A stretch of DNA of 64,000 nucleotides from Alkalispirochaeta sp. (GCA_965242725.1 CBDESZ010000020.1:45602-109601); one strand, 5' to 3'. Numbered from the stretch's first letter, positions 9,088 to 19,567 are shown. Program-made: numbers and translations. Notes: generated by a model from the sequence alone, not told the origin.

Positions 9088-9600
9088 GTGACACTACATG
9101 AATTCAACACAATAGCCTCGGATACGGAAAAAGCGACAATAATCGATCTCTGGGCTTCCTGGTGCGGACCATGCAAGATGATGAAGCCTCATTTCGAGGC
9201 GCTGGCCCGGGAATACGGTGACCGTATTCGCGTCCTTGCGGTAAACGTAGAGGAGAGTCCGGAGATTGCAGAAGAGTTGAAGGTCTTCTCCATTCCAACC
9301 GTCGTTGTCTTTCGTGGCGGCGGGGAAGTAGCACGCCGCAGCGGCGCCCAGTCTGAGGCCGACCTGCGTACCCTCTTTGATGCGGTGGCCGACGAGCGGG
9401 AAATACCGGCAATGAGCGGTAAAGCGCGGCTTGTTCGCATCGTCGGGGCGGTTGTACTCTCGGTCATAGCCGGTCAGGTTCAACCGGGTTGGCCGCTTCA
9501 GATCGCGTCGGCGTTGCTCTTTGTCTCAGCCATACACGATCGCTGTCCGATTATTCAGGCGTTGAAGCGTCCCTTCCTCCGTTCCTCTTCTGAGACATAG
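9088..9600 (+). CDS. thioredoxin with C-terminal membrane DUF2892/YgaP-like domain
   Basis: WCGPC active site; then 'RLVRIVG', two hydrophobic segments and 'RCP'. Confidence 0.85.
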   Translation: MTLHEFNTIASDTEKATIIDLWASWCGPCKMMKPHFEALAREYGDRIRVLAVNVEESPEIAEELKVFSIPTVVVFRGGGEVARRSGAQSEADLRTLFDAVADEREIPAMSGKARLVRIVGAVVLSVIAGQVQPGWPLQIASALLFVSAIHDRCPIIQALKRPFLRSSSET

Positions 9601-9712
9601 GACCCGCGCGGTTTCCGTCCCTCGTCGGTCCTCCGCCCGAGAAAATTTGACCTTCGCTGAAAATCTTTTTATCGTTAATGTATAGAACCCAAAACGTCGA
9701 AAGGAGGCCAGA

Positions 9713-10021
9713 ATGGCACAACAGCGAAATATTTTCCAGGAAGGAATCTACGCGGGGCTAGGAATTGCTCTTCGGACGAAGGATCGGATTGAAGAGTTTG
9801 CAAAGAAAATCACCAGCGAATATGAAATGAACGAAGAAGAAGGAAAGCGGTTCATGGATGATCTGGTGAAGCAGTCGGAGGAGACGCGGACACGTCTCGA
9901 CGAAATCATCGAGAAACGTATGGAGTCCTACATTAAGGATGCGGGACTATCCACGAAAGCCGACACGGATAAGCTGATGAAAAAAATCAGCGAACTTGAA
10001 AAGAAACTCGATCAGAAATAA
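9713..10021 (+). CDS. phasin-like coiled-coil protein
   Basis: AAGGAGG RBS; 'YAGLG', 'EEGKRFMDDL', 'GLSTKAD..ISELE'; typical partner of UbiB kinases. Confidence 0.7.
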   Translation: MAQQRNIFQEGIYAGLGIALRTKDRIEEFAKKITSEYEMNEEEGKRFMDDLVKQSEETRTRLDEIIEKRMESYIKDAGLSTKADTDKLMKKISELEKKLDQK

Positions 10022-10091
10022 CCGACACACATCAGGCCGTACTTTAAGGATTTGAACCATCATTAAACGCAAGCTTCGCAGAGGCGCGGTT

Positions 10092-11759
10092 GTGTCCCGG
10101 TACAGTGAAATCATCGCTGTGCTGGGTAAGTACGGTTTGGCTGAATTTGTCAGCCATCGACCGCTCCTGCGCCGCATTTCCACACGGCTGACTCGCAGCG
10201 GTGGAAAATACCGGCCTCCCCGGCTGGTCCGCGAGACCTTTGCCCAGCGTCTTCGGCGCGCCCTGGAAGAACTGGGACCCACGTTCATCAAATTCGGACA
10301 GATTCTGGCGGACCGGGGCGACATCGTTCCCAAAGAGGTTGTCCGGGAGCTGAAACGGCTTCAGGACGAAGTTGCGCCCTTTCCCGCCGACGAGGCGCGC
10401 CGGCTGGTTGAAAAAAACCTTGGAAAACCGATAGATCACCTCTTTCTCCATTTTTATGATGAACCCGAGGGGGCAGCCTCTCTCGCACAGGTGCACCGGG
10501 CAATTCTGCCTACGGGGCAGGCGGTGGCGGTGAAGATCAAGCGTCCGGAAATCGATGATCTGATCTGGGCCGACCTGGAGATCATGCGACAACTGGCAGG
10601 GTTCCTCGACGGGTATACGAGTTACTTCAAGGTCGTTACTGCAACGGAAATCATTGACGAATTCGCGGTTCAGATCGAGAAGGAACTTGATTTCGTCGAA
10701 GAGTTTCTCAGCATCACAAAGTTTTCCGCCGACTATGAGGACGACGAAACCGTCGCCGTGGCGCGTGTTTTCAATGACTATGTGACCAGGGACGTGCTTG
10801 TACAGGAGTTCATGTACGGCAAGAAGGTTTCCGAAGTCATCGAAATGGAGAACACCGGCCGGTACGACAAGAAGGAAATAAACCGACGGACCGCGGACTT
10901 TATCATGTCTCAATTGTTCATCAACGGTTATTTCCATGCCGATCCCCATCCGGGCAACTTCCTCGTGCTGGAAGACAACGTCATCTGTTTTATCGACTTT
11001 GGAATGGTGTACTCCCTGCGCCCCTATGAGCAGGAGAATCTCAATCTCATGATGATCGGCCTTTCACGGCTCGACCCGGCACTGGTGGCACGCTCGCTCC
11101 TGCGGATGGGATACGCCGAGGGTGCCGTCGATGCTGAACGCTTTGAGTCGGTGGTTCACGATTACATTGAAGCCCATCTCGCCCGGCCGTTGGAATACAT
11201 CGATATTCCCGCGGCGCTGATGCAGTTGCTTCAAATGGTCGTCAACTACGGGATCAAACTTCCCCCGCGGCTCATCTATGTGGCAAAGGTGCTGGGGGGA
11301 CTTCAGACTATCGGTGCCGGTCTGGATCCGGAGTTTCAGCTGCTGAAGTATTTGAGGGACTTCTCTCCCCGCATCTGGGCAAATCAGGTTGCCTCGGACC
11401 GCGCCGGGAACCGCGTCCTCAACGCAGCCCTCAACTGGAATGACGCGTTCCTCGATGCGCCGGTCCTCGTCCAGGACTTGCATCGCCTCCTCCGGGATCG
11501 GCGGTTGGAGATACATGTCCCGGAAGCGGAGTACCTTGCGGAAACATACGACCGGGTAGGCTTTCGCATGACCTTTGGACTCGTGCTTTCGGCGCTGCTC
11601 ATGAGTTCAGCCGTCGTCGTTCTGGCAGATATTGAACCCCAGATCAACGGAATACCGATTTTCGGAATCATAGGGTTCGCCGTCGGCGGGGTGATGGGGC
11701 TTGTCTTCCTCTTTATGGGCATGATGAGCTTTTTCAGATGGCACCGCCACCACCGCTAA
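10092..11759 (+). CDS. AarF/ABC1/UbiB family kinase
   Basis: LGPTFIKFGQ, AASLAQVHRA, VAVKIKRP, FHADPHPGN, IDFGMV; C-terminal TM helices. Confidence 0.92.
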   Translation: MSRYSEIIAVLGKYGLAEFVSHRPLLRRISTRLTRSGGKYRPPRLVRETFAQRLRRALEELGPTFIKFGQILADRGDIVPKEVVRELKRLQDEVAPFPADEARRLVEKNLGKPIDHLFLHFYDEPEGAASLAQVHRAILPTGQAVAVKIKRPEIDDLIWADLEIMRQLAGFLDGYTSYFKVVTATEIIDEFAVQIEKELDFVEEFLSITKFSADYEDDETVAVARVFNDYVTRDVLVQEFMYGKKVSEVIEMENTGRYDKKEINRRTADFIMSQLFINGYFHADPHPGNFLVLEDNVICFIDFGMVYSLRPYEQENLNLMMIGLSRLDPALVARSLLRMGYAEGAVDAERFESVVHDYIEAHLARPLEYIDIPAALMQLLQMVVNYGIKLPPRLIYVAKVLGGLQTIGAGLDPEFQLLKYLRDFSPRIWANQVASDRAGNRVLNAALNWNDAFLDAPVLVQDLHRLLRDRRLEIHVPEAEYLAETYDRVGFRMTFGLVLSALLMSSAVVVLADIEPQINGIPIFGIIGFAVGGVMGLVFLFMGMMSFFRWHRHHR

Positions 11760-11815
11760 ACCTGCGCCGCCGACGGCAACCGGCCTCCGGCAACTGCCGC
11801 CGACCGAAATAGCCG

Positions 11816-12760
11816 TTACATAATGTGCGCTTCCGAAAGGACCGACCGGGCCCACATCCTGGATTCCTCGTCTTCCTTCCAGATCTCGTCGAGAGCGGCG
11901 TGAATCTCCGGCGTCAACCGACCCGTTTCACGGTACGCCATAACGCCTTTCGCGGCGTCCGCGGTGAGGACGGAATATGAGTTCCCGTGTGTTTTCAACG
12001 CGCTTGACGGAATGGAATCGATAACCTCGTCGTTCCCGTAGGACGCAAGGACTGAAAATATCTTTGACCGTTGCGGGACGAGATCCACGATCGTGCCGGC
12101 CAGCAGGAAGAATCCCACCGTTGCCGTGGCGGCATAGTCGGGCACGTCGGTAACTTCGGGAAAGTACTGCGGCCAGTCTATGGTCTGTTGAATCCTGTTC
12201 TGCCTGTTAATGGGAACGCGAATCATCTCCGCCGGATGGTCCAACGGCGTCTCCCGGCCGTGAAATCCCCAGTGACCATCCATCCCGATTCCCTTGACCT
12301 CGATAACGTGGACTCCCGGGTCATCGAGAGTCGCACGGAGAGATTCACCGTAGTTCTTGAGACGTTCGTCGTCACCGTCGCTCCCGTCGATCTCCAGGGG
12401 GTGTATGTTTTCCGCCGGAGGTGCAGCGTCGCCGAGACGGCGGTACACTTTGTCTTCAAGAAGGTGGCGGAACGTGACGGGAAAACGCGGGTCCGACCGG
12501 GCAATCGGATAGTCGTCAAACTGAAAGAAGTGCGACCTCCGTACAACCCTTGCGAAATCCGCATCATCCCGGCAGTCGGCAATGAAGGCGTCGTACCACG
12601 CCAGTGCGCTCGGTGCAGCCATGAGCCAGAATACGACATTCTTTCCCTCATCCGCGGCCTCGAGGGCACGGGCCTTCACGATCTTCTGTGCCGCCCGTCC
12701 CATGGACCGTTCGTCGGGGACGACGGTTATGCGAGTTTTTCCTGCATTGAAATTGCTCAT
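11816..12760 (-). CDS. divergent glucosamine-6-phosphate deaminase/isomerase-like protein
   Basis: FFQFDDY, GIGMDGHWGF, IPSSALKTH resemble NagB motifs. Confidence 0.7.
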   Translation of the reverse strand: MSNFNAGKTRITVVPDERSMGRAAQKIVKARALEAADEGKNVVFWLMAAPSALAWYDAFIADCRDDADFARVVRRSHFFQFDDYPIARSDPRFPVTFRHLLEDKVYRRLGDAAPPAENIHPLEIDGSDGDDERLKNYGESLRATLDDPGVHVIEVKGIGMDGHWGFHGRETPLDHPAEMIRVPINRQNRIQQTIDWPQYFPEVTDVPDYAATATVGFFLLAGTIVDLVPQRSKIFSVLASYGNDEVIDSIPSSALKTHGNSYSVLTADAAKGVMAYRETGRLTPEIHAALDEIWKEDEESRMWARSVLSEAHIM

Positions 12761-12765
12761 AGCAG

Positions 12766-13530
12766 TTATCCCAGATGGCGTACGCGGGGTATATAGCGAC
12801 GTTCGTTTTCCCTGTTTGCCTCATCACCGCCGGGGAGATTTGCACTCATCCACAGGGGCGGTTCCACACCCAGATCAACCAGCTGTTTCACCGTCTCAAT
12901 CATGAGGAGGTTGATCGCAAAGACGTTGCACAGCGTCGCGGTAGGCCCTGTCTTCTGGGGAGAACCTTCAATTTCCACGACGGCGTCTCCGTAGGGAAGA
13001 TGACAGTTAATGAAATGGTCAACTTCCTGATAGAGATTTTTTCCGCTCGGGTGGCGGGAAGGGTGGTCCGCCGGAAGGCGGTCTGCAAACTCCCGGGACG
13101 TGATTCCGATCGTCGTCATCTCCCGTTCCCGTGCCGACAGCACCGTATCGATAACCATTGAATTGATGCCGTATGCGTTGGCGATCACAATGACTTCTCC
13201 CGGTTCCCTGCCGACACCGTATGCGTTGAGCACACTCTGGGCGTATCCGGGGGTGCGTTCTATGACGTTTGATCGTTTTGCCCCGTGGATGAGGTTGGTA
13301 CCGGCGTCGAGAATGGCGTTAATCGGCGCAAGTCCTCCCGCCCGCCAGAGCACCTCTTCGGCCACCATATTGGAATGGCCCCCCGGGCCGATGACATGCA
13401 CCAGGCGGTCGTCGGCGATCGCCCTCGCGATCGGTTTGGCCGCCAGCTCTATCGATTTCCGTTCCTGCATAATGGCGTCAAACGCCGAGCGTACTGCGCT
13501 GTTGTACTGGTCAAAGTGGTCATGCATCAT
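12766..13530 (-). CDS. SIS domain (sugar isomerase) protein
   Basis: GPGGHS, RAGGLA, IGITS, SRHPSGK, SANLPGGD; start 13530 after AAGGAAG. Confidence 0.85.
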   Translation of the reverse strand: MMHDHFDQYNSAVRSAFDAIMQERKSIELAAKPIARAIADDRLVHVIGPGGHSNMVAEEVLWRAGGLAPINAILDAGTNLIHGAKRSNVIERTPGYAQSVLNAYGVGREPGEVIVIANAYGINSMVIDTVLSAREREMTTIGITSREFADRLPADHPSRHPSGKNLYQEVDHFINCHLPYGDAVVEIEGSPQKTGPTATLCNVFAINLLMIETVKQLVDLGVEPPLWMSANLPGGDEANRENERRYIPRVRHLG

Positions 13531-13993
13531 GTACTTCCTTTCGTGTTTTTGCGAGTCGTTCAATGTTGACAAGGAGCATTAGAGCCGCAGCGACGGGAAG
13601 TGCCAGATAGGCGTATCCCGTCGGAAAGTTCCACGTCTCGTAGGATATTCTCATACGGACCGATGTTATTCGCGCCCCGTTTATGATTATCAAGACGAAA
13701 AAGGGCAGGGTGAGCGTATCCATTGCGGAACGAACGATTCTTCGTACCCTGTCACCCATCTTCTGGACGAAGTAATCGACCATCAAATGGTCGTCCCGCC
13801 GATAAAGAATCACCGCCGACATGAGAACCGACCATATAAAGGTCATTCTGATCATTCCCGGTACCCATTGAATGGCGACGCCGCCGAGATTGCGGCTTAC
13901 GATATTTGTGATGGTAAAGACGAAGACGGCGGTAAAGAGAACGCCGCTTACCGTTTCAAGGATCGCCTCCACCCGGTCAAGCAGGTATTTCAT
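13520..13993 (-). CDS. TRAP transporter small permease (DctQ)
   Basis: About four TM segments, 'HLMVDY'; lies between dctM and SIS genes; start after GGGAGGG. Confidence 0.85.
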   Translation of the reverse strand: MKYLLDRVEAILETVSGVLFTAVFVFTITNIVSRNLGGVAIQWVPGMIRMTFIWSVLMSAVILYRRDDHLMVDYFVQKMGDRVRRIVRSAMDTLTLPFFVLIIINGARITSVRMRISYETWNFPTGYAYLALPVAAALMLLVNIERLAKTRKEVHDA

Positions 13994-14009
13994 TTCGCGC
14001 TTCCCCTCC

Positions 14010-15287
14010 CTAAAAGAGCAGATTGGGTACCCACAGGACGAGCTGGGGGACCCATGTGATGAGTATGAGAACGGCAAAGAGTGCTACCGTGTATGGCCAG
14101 AGGGCGTATACCAGATCACCGAATTTCATTCCCGAAATCTTGGTCTGTACAAAAAGAAGCGCTCCGATCGGCGGCGTCAGGAGGCCGATCATCAGATTGA
14201 GAACGGTAATGACCCCGAAATGGGTGGGATCGATACCGAGATTTATCGCGATGGGCAACAGTACGGGGAAAAAGATCAGCATCACCGGGACCGCGTCGAG
14301 AATACACCCCATGAGGAGAAAGAAGATTGTCGTCAGCGCGAGAAAACCGTTCCTTCCCAGATTGAGATTGGTAATGAGGGTAAATACCTGCTCGCCGAGT
14401 TGTTCCGACGCTACAATGTACTGGTAGAGGCCCACTACGGCAAAAATGGCCATAATTGAAGCTGAAAAGACGGCAGTATTGCGAATGATCGGAAATATCT
14501 CCGTCACCTTGATCGATCGGTAGACGATGAGGCTGAGGACGAGAATGTAGACATTGGTCAGTGCCGCGACCTCCACCAGCGTGACAAAACCGAAGACAAC
14601 TCCGCTGATGACAAAAAGCGGCGCAAGTACCGCGAGGAACGTATCCCGCAGGAGCATGAGAAACTCGGAGAAATTGCGTTTCCCCTCGATGCGGGGATAG
14701 CCCTTCTTCTTCGCCTGAATCGTTGAAACGACCCATAAGAACGCGGCCATGAGGAGCCCCGGCACGAGGCCACCGAGGAAGAGTCGGCCGATGGAAATGC
14801 CGCTGATCACGCCGATGAATATCATCGGTACGCTCGGCGGAATGATCGGTCCGATCACGGCGGAACTGGTGTTTATCGCCGCTGCGTATCCGTCGTCATA
14901 TCCCCGTTCACGCATAATCGGATGGAGCACCGAGGAGACTGAACTGGCATCCGCGACGGCGGATCCCGATACGCCGGCCATGATGACGCTCACCACGATT
15001 GATACATACGCCAGTCCCGCACGAAACTGACCGACGAAGAAGTCGGCAAATCGCGTGAGCCGCCTCGTAATTCCCGTGGTGTTCATGAGATTGCCTGCGA
15101 GAATGAAAAGGGGAATTGCAACGAGTGTTGTCGAATCGATTCCGCCGACCATCTGGGAGGCGAGGACACGCAACGACACCTCTCCCTTGAGGAGAATGAA
15201 GACCATGCCGCTCACCCCCATAGCCAGCCAGATGCTGACGCCGAGACCGATGAGCGTGAAAAGCATTGCGAATAAGAGTAAGACCAA
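14010..15287 (-). CDS. TRAP transporter large permease (DctM)
   Basis: AIPLFILAGNLM, GVSGSAVAD, GPIIPPS, GIDPTHFG, GLLTPP; TTG start after AGGAG inferred. Confidence 0.92.
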   Translation of the reverse strand: MVLLLFAMLFTLIGLGVSIWLAMGVSGMVFILLKGEVSLRVLASQMVGGIDSTTLVAIPLFILAGNLMNTTGITRRLTRFADFFVGQFRAGLAYVSIVVSVIMAGVSGSAVADASSVSSVLHPIMRERGYDDGYAAAINTSSAVIGPIIPPSVPMIFIGVISGISIGRLFLGGLVPGLLMAAFLWVVSTIQAKKKGYPRIEGKRNFSEFLMLLRDTFLAVLAPLFVISGVVFGFVTLVEVAALTNVYILVLSLIVYRSIKVTEIFPIIRNTAVFSASIMAIFAVVGLYQYIVASEQLGEQVFTLITNLNLGRNGFLALTTIFFLLMGCILDAVPVMLIFFPVLLPIAINLGIDPTHFGVITVLNLMIGLLTPPIGALLFVQTKISGMKFGDLVYALWPYTVALFAVLILITWVPQLVLWVPNLLF

Positions 15288-15305
15288 AATTGCCGCTCCT
15301 GGTAT

Positions 15306-15330
15306 GGTCGCCCGCACACGGCGGGCGACC
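15306..15330. terminator. intercistronic stem-loop between dctP and dctM
   Basis: Perfect 10-bp inverted repeat GGTCGCCCGC-ACACG-GCGGGCGACC. Confidence 0.6.
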
Positions 15331-15344
15331 TCTCATGTGTTCAT

Positions 15345-16343
15345 TCAGTCAAGATTCCGGATCTGCTCAAGCATGCCGGCAGGCCACTTGTCGCCGTCCC
15401 AATCCTCAAATACACCTTCAAGTTCAGCTCGTATCGCCGGGAGGTTCAGTTCCGGTTCTTCAATGACCGTCATATTCTCCCGAAGCGTCTCGTACGCCTG
15501 TGCGAGCTGCTGTTCCGTGAGCATCGTAACCAGTTCTCCCGCCTCTTCCGCGGCGTTCCTGATCAGCTCCTGATCCGCTGCCGGGAGGCTGTCCCACATT
15601 GCGGGGCTGGCGTAGAACGTCTCGATATCGCGAATGTAATCGGTACGCATATAGTAGTCCTGAACTTCGTAAAAGCTCATGTTTGCCACCGTGATGGCGC
15701 CGTTTTCCTGGGCATCGACGACGCCGGTGCTCAGGGCGACATAGAGTTCACCGAATGCGATCTGCTGGGGAACCGCCCCAAGGCGTTCCATAACGCGAAG
15801 AACAACTTCACTTGCTGCGGTACGAATCTTCAACCCCTCAAAATCTTCGGGTTCCCGGATTGCACGGTCTGCCGTCAGGCCGCGGGGAGCGGTGTCGCCG
15901 GCGATAGTGACGATGCGTACACCCGTGTTTTCCTCGGCTTCCGCGATGACCGGTGCGAAGAAATCGGATGTCAATGCGGAGCGCATGTGCTCATAGTCGC
16001 GATAGAGAAAGGGGATGGCCGTGATTTCAAACGCTTCGCCTCCGTCGATGAATGCAAGCGTGTTGATACCGCCGTAAACCATATCGAGATCTCCCGTCTG
16101 GAGTTGGGTGAACATTTCCTGGATATTACCCATTTGACTGTTTGGAAAAACCCGGACGGTTATTCGTCCGTCACTCGCCTCATTGACCAGCTCGGCAAAA
16201 CGAAGAGCCCCCAAATGAGTGGGATGGGCGGTATCCCGGATATGTCCCATGCGAATGGTCATTGTACCGTCTTCCGCCACTCCCGACGCAAAGACCACAG
16301 TTGCGACAGCGAAAAGCAATGCCGCTACGAATGTTCGTTTCAT
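15345..16343 (-). CDS. TRAP transporter substrate-binding protein (DctP)
   Basis: Signal peptide MKRTF..; VFPNSQMG, GLKIR, GELYVALSTGVVDAQEN; AAGGAGG RBS. Confidence 0.92.
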   Translation of the reverse strand: MKRTFVAALLFAVATVVFASGVAEDGTMTIRMGHIRDTAHPTHLGALRFAELVNEASDGRITVRVFPNSQMGNIQEMFTQLQTGDLDMVYGGINTLAFIDGGEAFEITAIPFLYRDYEHMRSALTSDFFAPVIAEAEENTGVRIVTIAGDTAPRGLTADRAIREPEDFEGLKIRTAASEVVLRVMERLGAVPQQIAFGELYVALSTGVVDAQENGAITVANMSFYEVQDYYMRTDYIRDIETFYASPAMWDSLPAADQELIRNAAEEAGELVTMLTEQQLAQAYETLRENMTVIEEPELNLPAIRAELEGVFEDWDGDKWPAGMLEQIRNLD

Positions 16344-16392
16344 AAAAACCTCCTTGAAAAGATTGAAAAAACAAAACCGCCAATATTTTCTG

Positions 16393-17121
16393 TTACTGAT
16401 ACACCTCCTTTGCCAGTTTGCCTTTGGTGGAACTCCAGCTGATGACGTCCTTGAAATGCTCCTGCAGACGCCGTTCCGCAAGTTCCACATCCTTCATTTC
16501 CAACGCATCAACGAGCTCCCTGTGGAGGCGTATAAACTCTTCAGTGTCCGAGGTGTGATACTCCCGCAGGTGCGTCATCGACCGCTGAAGGGTTGAAAAC
16601 ATCTCAATGAGGTGAACCAGCAGGTGGTTGTTCAGAGGCCGGTAGAGGGTGCTGTGAAATCGGGTGTGTATCGAAATGAGTCTGTCTTCGTCTTCATCAT
16701 CGCCATCATCTGCGGCGACTTCCGCCATTTGGGAGAGCAGATGGCGGAGATCGGAAATATCCTCGTCGGTCAACAGGGGAATGACCCGGGCGATAAAGGT
16801 ATGTTCCAGGGCCATACGGACGGCGATGACGTCGGCGAAGTTCTTGACGCTTATTTCCGTCCCGTAGGCTATGCTCGATACGAGCGCATCATAGTTGAAC
16901 CCGCGGACAAACCGTCCCACCCCGTGGCGCGTCTCGATCGCGCCTATCGCCTCAAGGGAGCGTAGTGCTTCCCGTATCGACGTGCGACTGATTCCCAATG
17001 CATCGCCCAGGGCCTTCTCCGTGGGGATCATGTCGCCCTCTTTGAGACCCTGTGTCGCGATGTACATCCGGATCTGTGTTTGAGCGCTTTCGGTGAGACC
17101 TGCAGATCTGAGATTTTTCAC
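16393..17121 (-). CDS. FadR/GntR family regulator
   Basis: IPTEKAL..LGISRTSIREAL..RHGVG; FCD-like C-terminus. Confidence 0.9.
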   Translation of the reverse strand: MKNLRSAGLTESAQTQIRMYIATQGLKEGDMIPTEKALGDALGISRTSIREALRSLEAIGAIETRHGVGRFVRGFNYDALVSSIAYGTEISVKNFADVIAVRMALEHTFIARVIPLLTDEDISDLRHLLSQMAEVAADDGDDEDEDRLISIHTRFHSTLYRPLNNHLLVHLIEMFSTLQRSMTHLREYHTSDTEEFIRLHRELVDALEMKDVELAERRLQEHFKDVISWSSTKGKLAKEVYQ

Positions 17122-18386
17122 GAAACCACCTCCATCGATTTGTCCCGATATACGACGACACCGTCCCGTATTGCGTGGGTGACGTGCAGCTCCCGATCGC
17201 CTTCACGCCACTCAAATCGCACCAGGTCTCCGAACATTTCGGCTCCACCTTCGGTTTTCTCCGTTTGGGACGGATCGGAGGTGATGTATCCGGGCAGGCG
17301 GAAGTGGTCCATTGTGCGTAGGGTGCACGCCTCAACCGCCTGGGACAGGGATAGATCTGTATGCCGCACCGCCTGGGCGATATTGTGATTGAGGAGGTGG
17401 CCTGCTCCGGCAAGAAAGGGAGTACCGGCAAGGGAGACGTGTCCGTCGTGGTGCACCTCTACCTCCATATTGCCCCACCGTTTACGCCCCGGCGCGGTAC
17501 CTGCCAGGGGAGCGACATCACTGACGAGGATAATGCGGGATCGCTCCTTGCCGCGGACGATGCTCCGAAGCGCGTGGGGGGGAAGATGAAAACCGTCGGC
17601 GATAATTCCGGCGGTCAACCGGTCTTCCGCAAGCTGGGTCCATAGATAGTTGTTCAGACGCGGAAGGGATGCGTGGCTGCCGTTTCCCAGGTGGGTGGAC
17701 ATGGACGCGCCGGCATCGACGGCGGCGAGAATCTCGTCATCCGTCGCGGCGGTATGACCGATGGATACAACGACCCCTTCCGACACCAGCCGTTCTATGA
17801 GTTTAATCGAGCCGGGTCGTTCCGGCGCGAGGGTAACCATCGCGAGGTCACCCCCTGCGGCGGCGAGCCATTCAGATACTTCCGCCCAATCGGGATTGCG
17901 CACATATCGCGGATCGTGGGCTCCCCGGGGTCCGTCTTCCGAAGAAATGTAGGGCCCCTCCACATGCAATCCGGCGAGAGCCGCCCGTCGCTGTGGCAGG
18001 GAGTCGGCAATCCCGTGAAGAATCTCGAGGTTGCGACATATCCGTTCCTGGCTGTTGGTAATCACCGTGGGTACGTGCCGTGTCGTTCCGGTGACGGCGA
18101 GTGCGTTGATCACACGGTCGACATCGTCCTCGCACAGATCGGGTCCGCTGTAATCAACGCCGTTGTAGCCGTTGACCTGAATATCCACAAAACCGGGGGC
18201 CCACCATGTGTGGTCCCGTCCCTGCCGGTACGTATCCGACGCCGATAGCGCCTGACCGGCAACAACGGCGGAAGATGCCACGATACTGGTGTCATCGGAG
18301 TATACATAGACGAATACGTCGCCCCCGTCCGCTATCCATCGACCTGAAACGGCCGAATTTTCGGCATGTAGGTCATCTGTTGTCAT
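17118..18386 (-). CDS. nagA: N-acetylglucosamine-6-phosphate deacetylase-like amidohydrolase
   Basis: PGFVDIQVNG, HVEGPYIS, GAH, TLAPE, GHT, THLGN, IADGFH. Confidence 0.82.
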   Translation of the reverse strand: MTTDDLHAENSAVSGRWIADGGDVFVYVYSDDTSIVASSAVVAGQALSASDTYRQGRDHTWWAPGFVDIQVNGYNGVDYSGPDLCEDDVDRVINALAVTGTTRHVPTVITNSQERICRNLEILHGIADSLPQRRAALAGLHVEGPYISSEDGPRGAHDPRYVRNPDWAEVSEWLAAAGGDLAMVTLAPERPGSIKLIERLVSEGVVVSIGHTAATDDEILAAVDAGASMSTHLGNGSHASLPRLNNYLWTQLAEDRLTAGIIADGFHLPPHALRSIVRGKERSRIILVSDVAPLAGTAPGRKRWGNMEVEVHHDGHVSLAGTPFLAGAGHLLNHNIAQAVRHTDLSLSQAVEACTLRTMDHFRLPGYITSDPSQTEKTEGGAEMFGDLVRFEWREGDRELHVTHAIRDGVVVYRDKSMEVVS

Positions 18387-18436
18387 ACAACATACATGTT
18401 ACCGTCGAACGTTCGTCCTGTCAATGTAATGTGCCG

Positions 18437-19363
18437 TCAGAAAATTGTGCGAAGAATAAGGTCCTGGTCGTAATTCCCGAATCCCCGACCGAATATGTTC
18501 ATGCCCCCCACATGCGCCGCGTCCCGTTCCACCCCGATACATACCTTGATGGAGTGGTGGTCGGACAGCCCCAGCTGATCAAGAGTCACGTCGGAGATTC
18601 TCACGCCGTCAACGTAGGATCCACTGTGATTGATACGCCAGTTCTTGAGGAGTCCGTATTGAGAGCCTTCCAGCTTCCACCAGGAGGGAGTCAGCTTTCC
18701 CCTGCGGTCTCCGTAGTCGCCGGGGGAGGTCCAGGTGCCGATTCTGACGCCGTTGATCCACACCGCGATATCCGAGCGCCATTCCTGATTTGTCCCGGGA
18801 ATCTCCGACGACAGTTCCGCGGACAGTTCAAGCGATTTTACCGGTTTGTCCTTGTACAGGCTGTTGTTGGGAAACTTGTATTCTATGAAACCCGTTTCAA
18901 ACCAGATAAGACCCGCTTTCATCCGGGCAGGATCGAGAAAGGACTCGGGAACATCGAGATAGCCGATAATACTTTCGGTGGAGCATAATCCGCAGGGCGC
19001 CGTTACTTCATATCGCGTGTACAGACCGATGGGCATTTCGACCTCAATGCGATTGTCGTCTTTTGGCGCCGGCTCAGGGGGATGGAGCTGAATGACGAGC
19101 TCCCGGTACACGGGATGACAGATTTTCTGAACCCCTTTCTTCCCCTTTACGTTTTCCGTTTGAATGAGTCCGGCCTTCTCGAGTATCGCGACGTTTGTCG
19201 CAACGGTCGACTGAGGCATCGAAAGGGTCGCCGCGATTTCATTAATGTTCTGTGGCCGTTCCTGTATGGCAAACAGTATGTCTACCCTGATCTCCGAAGA
19301 AAGCCCCTTTATCACCGAGACGTCGCGCTTGAGATCCACCACCAGAATCCGATCTTCTTCCAT
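18437..19363 (-). CDS. ArsR-type HTH regulator of the arabinoside cluster
   Basis: N-terminal wHTH (LSSEIR..NINEIA..QSTVA); C-terminal 'MPIGLY', 'APCGLC', 'WTSPGDYG..TPSWW..SQYG'. Confidence 0.85.
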   Translation of the reverse strand: MEEDRILVVDLKRDVSVIKGLSSEIRVDILFAIQERPQNINEIAATLSMPQSTVATNVAILEKAGLIQTENVKGKKGVQKICHPVYRELVIQLHPPEPAPKDDNRIEVEMPIGLYTRYEVTAPCGLCSTESIIGYLDVPESFLDPARMKAGLIWFETGFIEYKFPNNSLYKDKPVKSLELSAELSSEIPGTNQEWRSDIAVWINGVRIGTWTSPGDYGDRRGKLTPSWWKLEGSQYGLLKNWRINHSGSYVDGVRISDVTLDQLGLSDHHSIKVCIGVERDAAHVGGMNIFGRGFGNYDQDLILRTIF

Positions 19364-19567
19364 ATAACGATTGAATCATAATTTGTGATATATTACCAGC
19401 ATTTCGTTGAGGCATCGACGAAAAACGCTCAAAAATAGTCGTCCCGGACGTGTAAAAAAGTGATATAAAACATAAAGATTGATCTTGACGGGAGAAAAAA
19501 GCGCTCGTATAGTAAAAACGTTGATGAAATACGTTGGACGTATGCTTTATCTCGACCAAATACGGTA

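Noticed and set aside
9713..11759. Phasin-like + UbiB pair as a novel system
   Set aside because: A commonly seen gene pair; nothing unusual here.
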